In this document: piece after piece, positions 1-10,561 of the stretch
Layout: each line of letters starts with the position of its first letter
Position numbering within the stretch: the first letter of the stretch is position 1
Assembly: GCA_937625935.1 (NCBI GenBank)
Contig: OW569350.1
Coordinates: forward strand, 591,397-655,396
Source: Tetramitus jugosus
Lineage: Eukaryota > Protista > Heterolobosea
Length of the DNA: 64,000 nucleotides
Reading direction: 5' to 3'
Made by a program: the position numbers and the translations under genes
Notes under the pieces: model-generated
Told to the model about the DNA's origin: nothing
What the model saw: the letters and a program-made list of their open reading frames with translations, nothing else
Databases searched by the model: none

Positions 1-279
1 CCATAGTTCTGGTGGAGGTTATGATGATGAGACATTGGTTGCTTGTTTTGACGTAATCTGATTGGCCTATGTGAATGGCGAGTTGCAATTTGACAAAGAC
101 GTCTCATGTGACTCAGCTTTAGATTTGATTTTTGGGCATCAAAAACACAGTTGTGACAACAAATCTACGGAAACTTGGGCTGGACCGAAACGAGGAATGT
201 TTTCGCGATCCATTGGCCTTCTTCTTTATTGAGACAGGGATCATCCAATTTTTCTTTGTGTCCTTCGATATCCATTTGT

Positions 280-1335
280 TTACCACACTGTTTCATGTCG
301 AAGCATCATTACTACAGTGATGGTGGAAATTCGGGGACAATAGAGTGTTGTCACATGGAGAAGGTGATACCACTGCATGGATGCATTGAAAAATCTGGGC
401 GCGAATCCATCTTCTTCTTGTGCAATATACTGAAGCAATTCTGTAACGTCACTCTTTGAGAAGAAGATTGGGTTAGCCCATGGCAACACAGAATAAAAAA
501 CTTGACTCAGATGCTCTTGAATTTCATCATCTTCAATCATATCCTCTCCAGTTTCAGCGATTTTATCCTGATGGACAAACGGGGTCATCTCATCTTCATC
601 TCGCATATCAGGAGAGATTCCAACTGCTTCATCCGATGTGGATTCATTCTTGGTTGGCACAAACAAATGTTGTGGAGGCTTGGAGTGCAATGTAGCATGA
701 CACAGACGATAGAGCGGTATTTCTGTAAAGTCTCGTTTGTACCCTATCTGAATATCATCACTCAACAACACATTGTGTTCATTTTCACACAAGAGACTTC
801 GAATCACACAGACACGATGCATTTCTTCACCCATTAACCCTCCACTCTTGTTCATTGCATCGTTCACCTTGAACATTTTGACACGAACTCCCCTAAGTTC
901 ATCACTAACGTAGTATGAATTAGATTTCAGTTCACCTGATTCTGCCTTCTGAAATGCGTCTTTTACTTTCTGATCAATGAGTGTTTCGTCCAAGAGAACA
1001 GGAAGCTCATTCATCAATCGATAAAACATGTTAAAGTAATGATCCATCTCCAACTGTTGTTCTTTCTCTTCTTCTTGCTTGTTTTCATCATTTCCCTCAT
1101 TGCAACACTTTTCTACTTCTTCTCCATCATCACCATCATCATTTGTTGGCTGTTGTGCAGTTTGTGCAGCACAGGCAATCATCTTTTGATAAAATGGCTT
1201 CCAGATGGCATTGGAATGAAGTCCATGAGAAATGATTCCATTCCACTCTTGACATACCAATCTCAATTGAGCCAACTGAGTCAATGGACAGAACAATAAA
1301 ATGGAATAAAATTCATCATCAGAAACCTCCAACAT
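280..1335 (-). CDS. F-box domain protein
   Basis: N-terminal F-box-like motif (SDDEFYSILLFCPLTQLAQLRLVCQEWN) followed by acidic linker; 3' end may be spliced or frameshifted. Confidence 0.6.
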   Translation of the reverse strand: MLEVSDDEFYSILLFCPLTQLAQLRLVCQEWNGIISHGLHSNAIWKPFYQKMIACAAQTAQQPTNDDGDDGEEVEKCCNEGNDENKQEEEKEQQLEMDHYFNMFYRLMNELPVLLDETLIDQKVKDAFQKAESGELKSNSYYVSDELRGVRVKMFKVNDAMNKSGGLMGEEMHRVCVIRSLLCENEHNVLLSDDIQIGYKRDFTEIPLYRLCHATLHSKPPQHLFVPTKNESTSDEAVGISPDMRDEDEMTPFVHQDKIAETGEDMIEDDEIQEHLSQVFYSVLPWANPIFFSKSDVTELLQYIAQEEDGFAPRFFNASMQWYHLLHVTTLYCPRISTITVVMMLRHETVW

Positions 1336-1436
1336 GTTTTTGTGGGATGTGAAGAAAGCTAAGAACAGATTAATTTTCTCGAGAGTATGGTTATCTATTC
1401 ATAGATATCCAAGCCTGACCTCATAACTTGTGCCAC

Positions 1437-3604
1437 TTTTTTCAATACATACTGACATGTCTCTTCGCTAGCGAGTCTTTATACATACGTTTGATGCATC
1501 ACACTGTTTGGCCGCGTTTGAGGTCATACGAATACCGTGGCAATGCATCCTGTCGGCACGCCACTTATGGTAGGAGTGTTTTGCACACTACTGTCTGTTC
1601 CTTGACTGATACACATTCTATCTGTCTTTGTGTTCCTCCTTTGAGGTTAGTGTGCAGTCAACTATTTTTTCTCCTTGGTTCTTTCTGCTTGATTAGATTG
1701 CGTTCTCATTAGCAGGTAGACTTGTTCTTGCTCTTCTTCATCATCAGGGTTCTCCTCCTCCCATTGCTCAGTCTCTTTCTGTTCATGCTGCTCCGTGGAG
1801 CCACTCGAAGAACTGCCACCAACGCTTGCTGATGCACCTTGTCTAACAGAAAGCAGCCATACATGACATTGACACCAGTTTGGAGATGTTGTTGAAGAAT
1901 CCACAGTGAATCTCTGCTAGCTCTCACCTAACGTTTCTCTTCCTTGTGAGAGGGAGTTTAATTTTTTTGTCGCCAGGAAGCCCAATCTTGCTGTCTATCT
2001 TAACTGCTTCCATTTTCTAGTTTTTTTTCGACAGTAAAACGTGGTGTTTCGCTAGAATGATCACACGGTTCCCAACTTCTGTCTTTATCACTTCTAACCT
2101 TTTTTGACTGTGTCTGAGTTTAACTCCGCAAGGTATCAACTTCAATAGTACACGTCCAACATAGATTGTGGGGTTGGGTTCCTGGGGAAGCGTTTCATTG
2201 CTACCGATCCGTGCTTAACCAACATCCTTTCCAGTCTGTCACCTTGTATCCCCCTGTCCAATCAGTGAACTCTGACGCATACTTGAAAATAGGGTGAATA
2301 CATGTGTTCACTACCCTTTCCGCCTGTCTGGGAGTTAGGTTCATCATTTTCCACCTAATCATCAGTCTTTGGGACTTGTTCCATGCCTGCTCAATTTGTT
2401 GCTTTGTGTCCCTTAAGGTTGATAAAGAGACCCAGTGTTGAAAGGCTCGTGATTGATGTTGTACCACATCACTTTTAACATTGTGTCATTTCAAACTGGG
2501 TTTGATTCATTTCAGCATTGTGAGTCGTAACTATTGTTGATGCAACCTCTTTGCTGACTTATATCATGTCTTTCATCTAAGCCATCCTTTCGGTGGTTTT
2601 GAGGAATGCCTTCTTCCTCGAGTTCTCCGATAGTGTTGTGTTGGTTCCTCGTTTGCCACTGCTTAATTGAGCCGGCTCAAGGAAACTTTGTGGCTGTATT
2701 TGATCTTCCACGTTGTTTGGAATCACGGATGTTTCTTGATGTTGATCTACATCACTGGTCTCTGCTAGCATCATTTCCCTATGTACTAACTGTCGTATCC
2801 CTGTCAAAGTTATGTTGTGAAACTTCGCACTATGGTGATCACTTCACTTTCTACCACCACTAGCTCAGGAGTAGTCTCTAGCTGTGGCTTGGGCAACTTC
2901 TTGTTTCGGCATTGGAACCAGTTTGTTGCCACCTTGACCCTTTGTCTTTCCTAATTTCTTGGTGAGTTCTGTGACCTGTCGACGCAGTCCGTCAACCACC
3001 GTCAGCAGCTCCTCATACATCTTGGTCAATCTCTTGTTCACAGCCATGAGAGGATCATGTGGTCTCTCGACGTATCGAGTGACCGTGGCCTTGACCTTGT
3101 TCTCTCCGCTGAGCACTGCTCGTGCATAGGTTTCATCACCCATGACCACGAAAGCAGTGTCACGCTTCTTTAGCACACTGGCAACCTTCTCAGGTCCCAG
3201 TAGCTTCTTGATGTCGTCCACTGACATGTTCTTCATGCCATGGACGACCACCTTTCTTGTGCAATCAACACTGCGCTTGGGTGCAGCAGTGCTGTTGCCA
3301 ATCCTCCTCTGTTTGTTGAATAGCTCTACAACCTCATAGATGCGGTCACCCTTGACCGTCACCCATGCAACAAAGAGTTGCTGGCCTTTCCTCTTGATGA
3401 CCTGGACTCGGTTGAGCCAGTCACCAAACTCCTCTCCTATCTTTCTTGCCAAAGATGACTGAGAGACACCATTTCCGTTGCCAGTAATGACGACCTCTCT
3501 GTCACTTGGCCTAGAGCCTTTCCATGCAGTGGTCCATACTGCATAACGGCTGTTACCGTATTCCTTCACCAAATTTGTTGAATCACCAGACATGTGATTC
3601 CGTT
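1437..3604 (-). mobile_element. Degraded non-LTR retrotransposon copy (ORF1 plus ORF2 remnants), outer member of the stack upstream of tRNA-Ala
   Basis: ORF1 at 2865-3593; RT thumb-like segment ERVVNTCIHPIFKYASEFTDW at 2201-2467; putative 3' end GTATGTATTGAAAAAA near 1437-1452 resembling the other copies' GTTGTAT+poly(A) ends. Confidence 0.7.
2865..3593 (-). CDS. Retrotransposon ORF1-like protein (RRM-like modules plus coiled coil), probably truncated
   Basis: Clear paralog of 3745-4989 (EY..RYAVWTTA, KVV.HG.K, DTAFVVM, KLTKMY.ELL.VVD.LR.QV). Confidence 0.65.
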   Translation of the reverse strand: MSGDSTNLVKEYGNSRYAVWTTAWKGSRPSDREVVITGNGNGVSQSSLARKIGEEFGDWLNRVQVIKRKGQQLFVAWVTVKGDRIYEVVELFNKQRRIGNSTAAPKRSVDCTRKVVVHGMKNMSVDDIKKLLGPEKVASVLKKRDTAFVVMGDETYARAVLSGENKVKATVTRYVERPHDPLMAVNKRLTKMYEELLTVVDGLRRQVTELTKKLGKTKGQGGNKLVPMPKQEVAQATARDYS

Positions 3605-3617
3605 TTCTGCGTTTTTT
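3605..3617 (-). repeat. Target-site duplication copy 2 (TTCTGCGTTTTTT on + strand)
   Basis: Identical 13-mer at 5004-5016; follows the poly(A) tail of the 3618-5003 element. Confidence 0.75.
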
Positions 3618-5003
3618 TTTAAATACAACAAATGGTGCTCACGCACCACGTTGCGGAACTTTTATTTTTCTTTTGCGTGAGAGCAGGCTTGCCTGCTCTC
3701 AATTGTCTAACATGATGTGGTGCTTGCCCAGTGGAGTGGCAGGCCTACGCAACAGGATTCATTCTCTTCTTGGAATGTTGTTTTGATCCCTTCTTCAGGG
3801 ATTCGTTGCGAGGGCCTCCACTACCATCTGGAGCACCACTGGTGAGGTCAGATGGCTCCGTAGTCCTAGCCAGTTGGTAGGACCTACGGAGAGCACCTGA
3901 CTTGATACTGGCCAACCTGGCCGGGATCTTGTTGGCAGCAGTGTCACCAACGGTGACACGTGCTGATCGCTTCTTGTGTTCGTTGAGTTGGGGACTCTGT
4001 AACTCACAGTCGGGGTTACTGAGATCCAACTCAACTGGATCTTCTTCGGTGGTTGTGCTTCTTGCACGGTCCACCATGATTGCTCGGGCAGCAATCTCTT
4101 TCTTGACTTTCTTGAACACCTCGGAGGTGTTCAATACTAGCTCGAGGATTGCTCTGTTACGAGCATCCTCATCAATGGTGTTGTTGGTTGGCTCTTGGGA
4201 GACCGTAGTTGGAGTGGCGGGATGGGACTCCGGCATGATCGACTCCCAGTCATCGGTCGTAGACGGAGTCGAAGGTTCGGATTCGGAGATTCGCTCCGGC
4301 GTCCTTGGAGACGGGGACGCGAGGGGAATCCGGTTGACGGAAGCCATATCTTTTAACACACTGACTTGGTGGCGCAGGTCGTCCACCACAGCCAGTAGCT
4401 CTTGGTACATCTTGGTCAGCTTCTTGCTGACAGCCTTGACCGGATCACGTTGGCGTGGAAGGAAGCGCTTTGCTTCCACCTCCACTGGCATGGATTGAAC
4501 GTTCCGAAGCAAAGCTTCGGCATACGTTTCGGACTCCATCACAACAAAGGCGGTGTCGTGCTTCTTGAGCACGTTCTTGACCTTTGTTGTGCCAAGCATG
4601 GCCTTGATGTCGTCCTCAGTCTTACCTTTAACTCCGTGGAGGACGACCTTCTTGGCACAATCTACGTTGTGCTTGAGTGCTGCCTTGCAGCCACTCATCT
4701 TCTTGTTGCGGTTGAAGGATTCAACAAATGGGTAAATGTTGTCATCAACAACAGTTACCCACGCAACAAACCTCTTGGGGCCCTTCTTGATGACTTGGAC
4801 CCTGGTGAGCAATTCACCAAAATCCAAGCCAATCTTCTTGGCCAAGGCAGCCTTGGGAGAGTCATCACACTTTCCAGTGATGATGACCTCCTTGCTGCTT
4901 GGAGCAGTTCCTCTTGGTGCTGTGGTCCACACAGCATAGCGTGGATTCTCATACTCGCGAACAACAGGGGTGTGTGTTCGTTTTTTCATCGGCGTTTTTT
5001 AAA
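3618..5003 (-). mobile_element. ORF1-only non-autonomous non-LTR element with intact ends
   Basis: Flanked by 13-bp direct repeats; 414-aa ORF, 3'-UTR hairpin 3678-3701, AATAAA at 3661-3666, then GTTGTATTT+poly(A). Confidence 0.75.
3745..4989 (-). CDS. Retrotransposon ORF1-like protein (two RRM-like modules, coiled coil, S/T/P-rich tail)
   Basis: Open 414-aa ORF with ATG; RRM-like pattern KVVLHGV..TEDDIKAML..VLKKHDTAFVVMESETYAEALL; heptad segment after it. Confidence 0.7.
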   Translation of the reverse strand: MKKRTHTPVVREYENPRYAVWTTAPRGTAPSSKEVIITGKCDDSPKAALAKKIGLDFGELLTRVQVIKKGPKRFVAWVTVVDDNIYPFVESFNRNKKMSGCKAALKHNVDCAKKVVLHGVKGKTEDDIKAMLGTTKVKNVLKKHDTAFVVMESETYAEALLRNVQSMPVEVEAKRFLPRQRDPVKAVSKKLTKMYQELLAVVDDLRHQVSVLKDMASVNRIPLASPSPRTPERISESEPSTPSTTDDWESIMPESHPATPTTVSQEPTNNTIDEDARNRAILELVLNTSEVFKKVKKEIAARAIMVDRARSTTTEEDPVELDLSNPDCELQSPQLNEHKKRSARVTVGDTAANKIPARLASIKSGALRRSYQLARTTEPSDLTSGAPDGSGGPRNESLKKGSKQHSKKRMNPVA

Positions 5004-5016
5004 TTCTGCGTTTTTT
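5004..5016 (-). repeat. Target-site duplication copy 1, 44-56 bp upstream of tRNA-Ala
   Basis: Identical to 3605-3617. Confidence 0.75.
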
Positions 5017-5059
5017 CTTTCATTGCGCTTTTCTTCCATAGTTAGGGTATCATAATGGA

Positions 5060-5132
5060 GGGGGCGTGGCTCAGTTGGTAGAGCGCTTCCTTAGCATGGA
5101 AGAGGTCCTGGGTTCGATTCCCGGCGCCTCCA
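5060..5132 (+). tRNA. tRNA-Ala (AGC)
   Basis: Cloverleaf: acceptor GGGGGCG/CGCCTCC with G3:U70, anticodon arm CTTCC-TTAGCAT-GGAAG, T-loop TTCGATT. Confidence 0.97.
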
Positions 5133-5154
5133 GGAATTTTAAATATTGCACTTT

Positions 5155-5776
5155 CTACAGAAAGGCCAAGTTTTTGTGATAACTGGCTTGGTACCGCAGT
5201 GGTGAGAACTCGACCAATATGATTGAATGTTGCATGGACCTCATATGAGTTTCAGACCGAAAAAGGAACGCTACTTCCTTTGTTTCTTCCTTCGACGAAG
5301 TTCTCTCATCAGACGGTGCTGTAGTAGATGAATTTTTCAATGAGAGTGGCAGATCACAACAACTATTTACACACCTAACTCTAACAGTGTATTTATAGAT
5401 ACAATTATCGGCTTCTGTCAGCTCATCAACAAGCATAGAAAGTAAAATATTGGCTTCGGGTTTGTCATTGCCAAACCATACGCAGAACAGAATATTTTAA
5501 AACTTACATCTTTCTTCGAAAGAGCTCATTACAGACCAAATAAATAGGAATATCTGATACCTTTGAACTTCTTGCTCCATAGTTAAGAATGAAAACATAA
5601 CCACCCGATTCATTCTTAATAGGTGCTGCTATCACCTTATACACAAGACCATCATATACATCAGTAATCTTGTTTTTATTCAAGTTGAATCTGCAACGAC
5701 GGTAGTGTTGTGCAAGGTCGTAGAAAGCTCGATCATTCTCTAATCGCTTCAATAATTGTTCAATTGAATTACTCAC
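5155..5776 (-). pseudogene. CACTA/EnSpm-like transposase remnant
   Basis: Fragments KITDVYDGLVYK, NILFCVWFGNDKPEANILLSMLVDEL and VRVRCVNSCCDLP, homologous to the transposase at 47540-48720. Confidence 0.65.
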
Positions 5777-7149
5777 AAGAAGGATTCATCTTACAAGTTC
5801 CATTGCATGATGGTATACCCGAAACGATACGATGGTGTCTACAGAAGTATAGTCTTTTTAACTGCATATCATCTATGGATTCAAACTCTTCAACTTCAGG
5901 TCTATTGGATTTTTTGTTCTTCATCTTCCCTGCCCTCACCCACTATTAAATTCAAGTTGATTGGGATCGGGTGAGGAGGAAACCAAGTATTATTTGCTAT
6001 TGGTGGCGCACTGCGATCTTTTAATTTATTGTTGTAAGTGGAGAGGTAGTCATCAAAGCACAAAGTAAAACTCAAAATTTTTCTTTGTTAACTACTATTA
6101 ACAAACTAACCCATAACTTCTATTGCGTATGTCAAAAAGCGAAACTGTAGTTGGCTGTCGTTATTGATTCCGTCATACCGTTATGCATCACATCAGCTCT
6201 TTACTCTGGATGTAAAATAGTCATTCATGTAGACATGCTTTCGAATCTACTTGGACTCCCTACCAAACTTCAAAGTTCGTTGAAAGCACTATGAGGCATT
6301 TTAAGAAAGAGAAGAAGAACAGAAGTGACCGATCTAATTTCAACAAGTAGATTAGAAGTGAAAGAAGTGGTGTGTCCTATGGTATCGCAGAAAGTATTTG
6401 AAGTCCGTGGTTGATAAAGGAGACGAGGAGAATTTCTAGAGTTAGAAAACTCCTTCAGTTAAAGGTGTCTCTTGCTTTAATTTTTTGAAATAAAGTGGAA
6501 GTTTTTTTCACTTCATTTAGGAAAAAAGAAAGAGTTGTGGTCACGAGTGTATCATCTCATTATTGAAACTTTTAGTATAAATAATAAAGTTGTGGTGTAT
6601 AGTGCTCATGTTTAGGCACACTAGATTTGCGTCCAGCCCGAATACCTGTGTTGCACGTTAATATATCACAACTAACAAACAACAACATTTCACTCTCAAG
6701 CCCCATCGTGGAGTGTTTGAACCCAAACCGAAGCAAAGATTGTTGATTGGCGGGCAGAAGTTACCTTCCGAGTTCGTTTCACTGGTTATGGGCCATCAGA
6801 TGACTCGTGCGAGAGAACTGGAGATATTCAATCAACAGCCTCCAATTCTTTGTGTTTCTTCTTTTTTTCTTCCATCCTTTCCAGCTGGCTGTTATTCTGA
6901 CAAACTCACATGAAAATTTCCTAAAAATTTATGTAATGAAAAAATCTCGGATAATGCGATATTATGAACTATCCAACCCTGCCTGTCTATGAATGCATAC
7001 AAGGGTTTAGTTATGTGAAAATACATCGACATGAGACAAGAAAAAATTAAATGTTCCATCTTATTCCTTTTGATCTCTGCCTCAAATTTCCTGTGATAGA
7101 TGTTCTCATAAAAACTTTCCATTCTTAAACTGAATTCAACAACAATTTC

Positions 7150-7680
7150 GTGAGAATGACAGTAGAAGCGGGCTATGGTACGGCTTAAATATCGCCCCTT
7201 GCACTTACTTGGAGATCCAGCGCAGCCGATACACAAATGCCCATTCAATCCCGCGTCGAGAAATACAGCCACCAAGAATTAAGGTGAAATGACCCAAACT
7301 TTTTTTCCTCATGTACATTCCACATGTAACAAACACACAACCAGTGAGAAGAACGTGATTGTGCCTGAACTCAGTGTTCAACGACCCACATGTGGAAAAA
7401 AAACTATAAACATGTTCAATTCCAATCTCTTCTTGTCACTCTCAAGAACTCTCGATAATAATCACAACAAACCATATTGATCTTGAGTCCCGCCACCAAG
7501 TAGTCCACATTTTGAAATTCGGTCGAATTAGAGAGATGATTGCTACAATATTCCTCTTAAAATTAAAATCATAACGTTTGAATCCAGTGACCGTTTTTAT
7601 CTTCCTGTACCATCGATGTTGACCAGAGGATGGCTTCTGAATCATATGCGCGGTTCCGTCAATAACAAATATGATTCTTT
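7150..7680 (-). pseudogene. PIF/Harbinger- or ISL2EU-like DDE transposase remnant
   Basis: IFVIDGTAHMIQKPSSGQHRWYRK (IDGT..I..P motif) near 7600-7670 and VFLDAG near 7250. Confidence 0.4.
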
Positions 7681-7834
7681 CCCTTGTTGAGGAACATGGT
7701 CGCTCGTTGGGTAAAAATTGAACGAAGTAAGTATCTCTTAAACAGCAGATTAATTACAATCCCAAAAATGAAGTGATGGCAGCAGTTCTTCATTCACGAT
7801 TCACTACAGTTGCAAGACAAGGAGTCAAAAACTC

Positions 7835-7914
7835 TGACGAGGGCGGGATTTGAACCCGCGCCCCGAAGGACTGCGGCCTTAACACAGCGTCTTAGACCAC
7901 TCGACCACCTCGCC
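7835..7914 (-). tRNA. tRNA-Leu (AAG)
   Basis: Reverse complement folds: acceptor GGCGAGG/CCTCGTC, anticodon arm CTGTG-TTAAGGC-CGCAG, variable arm, T-loop TTCAAAT. Confidence 0.97.
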
Positions 7915-7957
7915 ATCTTATTAAACTAAACTTTACGGAATGGGAGTTTGTACCAGA

Positions 7958-8049
7958 GTGACCCGTACTCACAAAACAAGTCAATAAATGAGCAATCGTG
8001 TGCTTGCTGCGCAAGCACACATGGTTGTATGGCAAAAAGAAAAGAAAAA
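7958..8049 (+). mobile_element. Severely 5'-truncated non-LTR copy A (3' UTR only)
   Basis: AATAAA, hairpin 7998-8020, GGTTGTATGG plus A-rich tail, then partial target copy GGAGTT at 8050-8055. Confidence 0.6.
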
Positions 8050-8055
8050 GGAGTT

Positions 8056-9203
8056 GGGGCACCATGCCAGGTATGAATGTTTTGCTTCACGAAGACGAGT
8101 ACTGGATTTGAAGATGCTCGACCTTACGAGCGTATGATTATCAAGCGTATCCAGTCTGGTACACTGATAATGCTCATGAGTGCGAAAAGTGTAGTATTGC
8201 TTGGAGCCTCCCTAGCGGGGACGCGAGATTGCTCCTCCGTTCGGGTAAAATAAGGAACTCACAGCTGTTCGATGACGATGGTGTCATGGCAATGACATAC
8301 GAAGAGGCGAAGAAAAGGTTCAAAATGAAAGGGATCGGACGAGTTAAGTACATGAGAATACGGGCCTATATGGAACTTCTCGGCAAGCCGTGTGATGAGA
8401 CATTTCTTGCAAGACGAAAAGTTCAGAGAGAATTGATTGTAACGGTGAAGGATGTTAGAATTGACAATCCTAACATCAGAGAAGGTCTGACGGAAGAACT
8501 TAAGAAGGCTAGAGCTGAGGCTATTGGTACAAACAAGAATTGGTGGTTAGAATCTGAAATGTCGAAGGAAAAGGAATGGAACCACTTTTTGAAGTGTCCA
8601 TTCGGCCTAGAAAGGAAAGAACTTTGGTTCTATCATCAAGTCAGGAGTGGTACGCTTCACACAAAGATGGTGATGAGGAAATTGTACAATGCCAGTTTAG
8701 ATGAAAAGTGTCTTAACTGTGGGGCTGCACCGGAGAGCATTTTACATCTGTTGGTGGAGTGTGACGCTGCCATTTCAGCCAGAAAGAAACTCGTAGAAGA
8801 GATGAAAGCTAAATTGGATAGGTTGATGCTACCGGACTCAGCCAAAATTGTGCTCTGGTTTGACGATACAATATATGAAAAGGGCAAGATACAACCACGA
8901 AATATCAAGCGATCCTCTGAAGGGCTGTTAGAGGGACTAATGGGAAAAGAGGGGGACTTTAGGAAAGAACTATTGGATGAAATGGTGCTCTCCGGCAGGA
9001 AACAAAGGGAGGCAGAGAAGGTGATAAGATGTATGGTGGATTCCATGAAGAGGACCTGTGTCAAGGCACTTCACAAGGTATATATTAATTCTGTCGTGAA
9101 AAGAAGTGAAGCACTGCTCAGCACCTGACGGTGCTGAGCGGAATCATGACTCACAGTAGTGTATTGAATAAAGAGGCAACAATTGTTGTATGGAAAAAAA
9201 AAA
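8056..9203 (+). mobile_element. 5'-truncated non-LTR copy B
   Basis: ORF2 C-terminus with CCHC zinc motif, hairpin over the stop codon, AATAAA, TGTTGTATGG+A10, then GAGTTTGTACCAGA (9204-9217) identical to 7944-7957. Confidence 0.85.
8229..9128 (+). pseudogene. LINE ORF2 C-terminal fragment with zf-RVT-type zinc-binding domain
   Basis: ELWFYHQVRSGTLHT...KCLNCGAAPESILHLLVEC (CxxC..E...H....C); no ATG start, RT core missing. Confidence 0.8.
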
Positions 9204-9218
9204 GAGTTTGTACCAGAA

Positions 9219-9390
9219 ATTGGATTGGGATCGCCCAGCAATCGAATGACTGCAAACAGTAGTAGCGCTCTGCGAGTGTTACTAACAAGAAAGAGGAGAC
9301 GCTCTCCGAGCGTCACAAGGACGATCTGGGAGACTAAAGAAAGCAGAGAGTAATAAAAGAGCAATCGCGTGTTGTTTTAAAAAAAACAAA
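9219..9390 (+). mobile_element. Short 5'-truncated non-LTR copy C
   Basis: Bounded by AGTTTGTACCAGAA at 9205-9218 and 9391-9404; hairpins 9260-9284 and 9298-9314, AATAAA, GTTGTTTT plus A-tail. Confidence 0.7.
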
Positions 9391-9416
9391 AGTTTGTACC
9401 AGAATTTAACAACGGA

Positions 9417-10545
9417 ACGCCTCCAAGTGGTTAGAGTAGAGTGTACCAGTGAAACCATGTACATTGCTCATCATTACGGTCCACATAAGATTGATGTTTC
9501 CCACTACAACTATGTCAAAGAAACAATGAGCAGTATCGATTCATCTGGTAAGGTCTGGTAAGGTTCTATTTGGAGGACAATGTCATCTAGAATTGATTCT
9601 ACATGGGCCAACAGGGCAGCTCTAAGTGTCTTCCGAAACATAGAAGGGTTCACAAGAAATGGGGCTCTGAGTGATACCAACGTGGAAGTGGAACACAAGA
9701 CTGACACCTGGTTACCCGGGCTGGCTGTGGAGTTGTTTGGCGAACAGAGGACTACAAAGCGCTAGGTGGATAATAGGCTGTGAGAAGACTTATCCAGGGT
9801 ACTAGGACTCACCACGAACCTTAAGTGGTGTGCTGTCCGAATGCACTGTTGTGGTGAGTCATGCAGCGGCATAGAGATAGAGTGAAAGAGGAGAAGGTAT
9901 GGTAGTTTTTAAATTTATGAGATGCTATTTCAGAGTCGATCATGCTCTGGAATGGTTCGTGGCCCAGGTGAAAATAACACAAAGGCCGTTATTTATGTCG
10001 TTATTTTTTAACATCTCTATGGAGTAGTGGACATGGATACGCTATGTCCCAAGTGCAAATTTGAACAGGAAACTGTGTTACATTGTCTCGTTAGATGCCC
10101 GGTGGCGATAATGGCAAGAAAGCTGTTGATGAAGTTTCCACCAAGCTGAGTAAAATGGGTCTTCACAAAGACCAAAGAGTAGACATGTGGTTCGACAACC
10201 AACGATGGCGGAACGGCGCATTACTAGTCAATAAGCGGAGGAAAAAAAGAAAGGAATGCATGCTTGGTATGTTGTGTATTGAAACAAGGGTGCTGAAACA
10301 AGACGAAGAGTGGAATAGAGAAGAAGAAGGTAAGGGAGAAAGTCCAACAATTTGTAGATCATACAAAGAGGAGATGTGTGGAGGACACTGATGCGACGCC
10401 TCTTCACGAGTTCAAAGGAGATCACTGGTTGCTAATGCTCTAGAGCAACTACTTGAATCAATAATGATGGCATTCTGCCGTCGCGAAATCGATATAGAGT
10501 ATCAACAAAGAAGTAAAATGAGTAACCAATGGTTGTATTTAAAAA
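9417..10545 (+). mobile_element. Degraded non-LTR copy D
   Basis: TMSSRIDSTWANR segment (paralog at 11290-11330), CPKCKFEQETVLHCLVRCP zinc motif near 10045-10100, GGTTGTATTT+A tail; flanks 9401-9416 and 10546-10561 match at 14/16. Confidence 0.7.
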
Positions 10546-10561
10546 AGAATTAAATAACGGA

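Noticed and set aside
3795-5055. Antisense and alternate-frame ORFs over ORF1 (and similar ones over ALDH, Nup50 and the SYCP2-like gene)
   Set aside because: Shadow ORFs from codon bias and low complexity, with no domain signal.
7944-9404. CRISPR-like array from the repeated GAGTTTGTACCAGA
   Set aside because: Repeats are only 14 bp, spacing is irregular (about 190-1260 bp), later copies follow poly(A) tails and there are no cas genes; target-site duplication explains it better.
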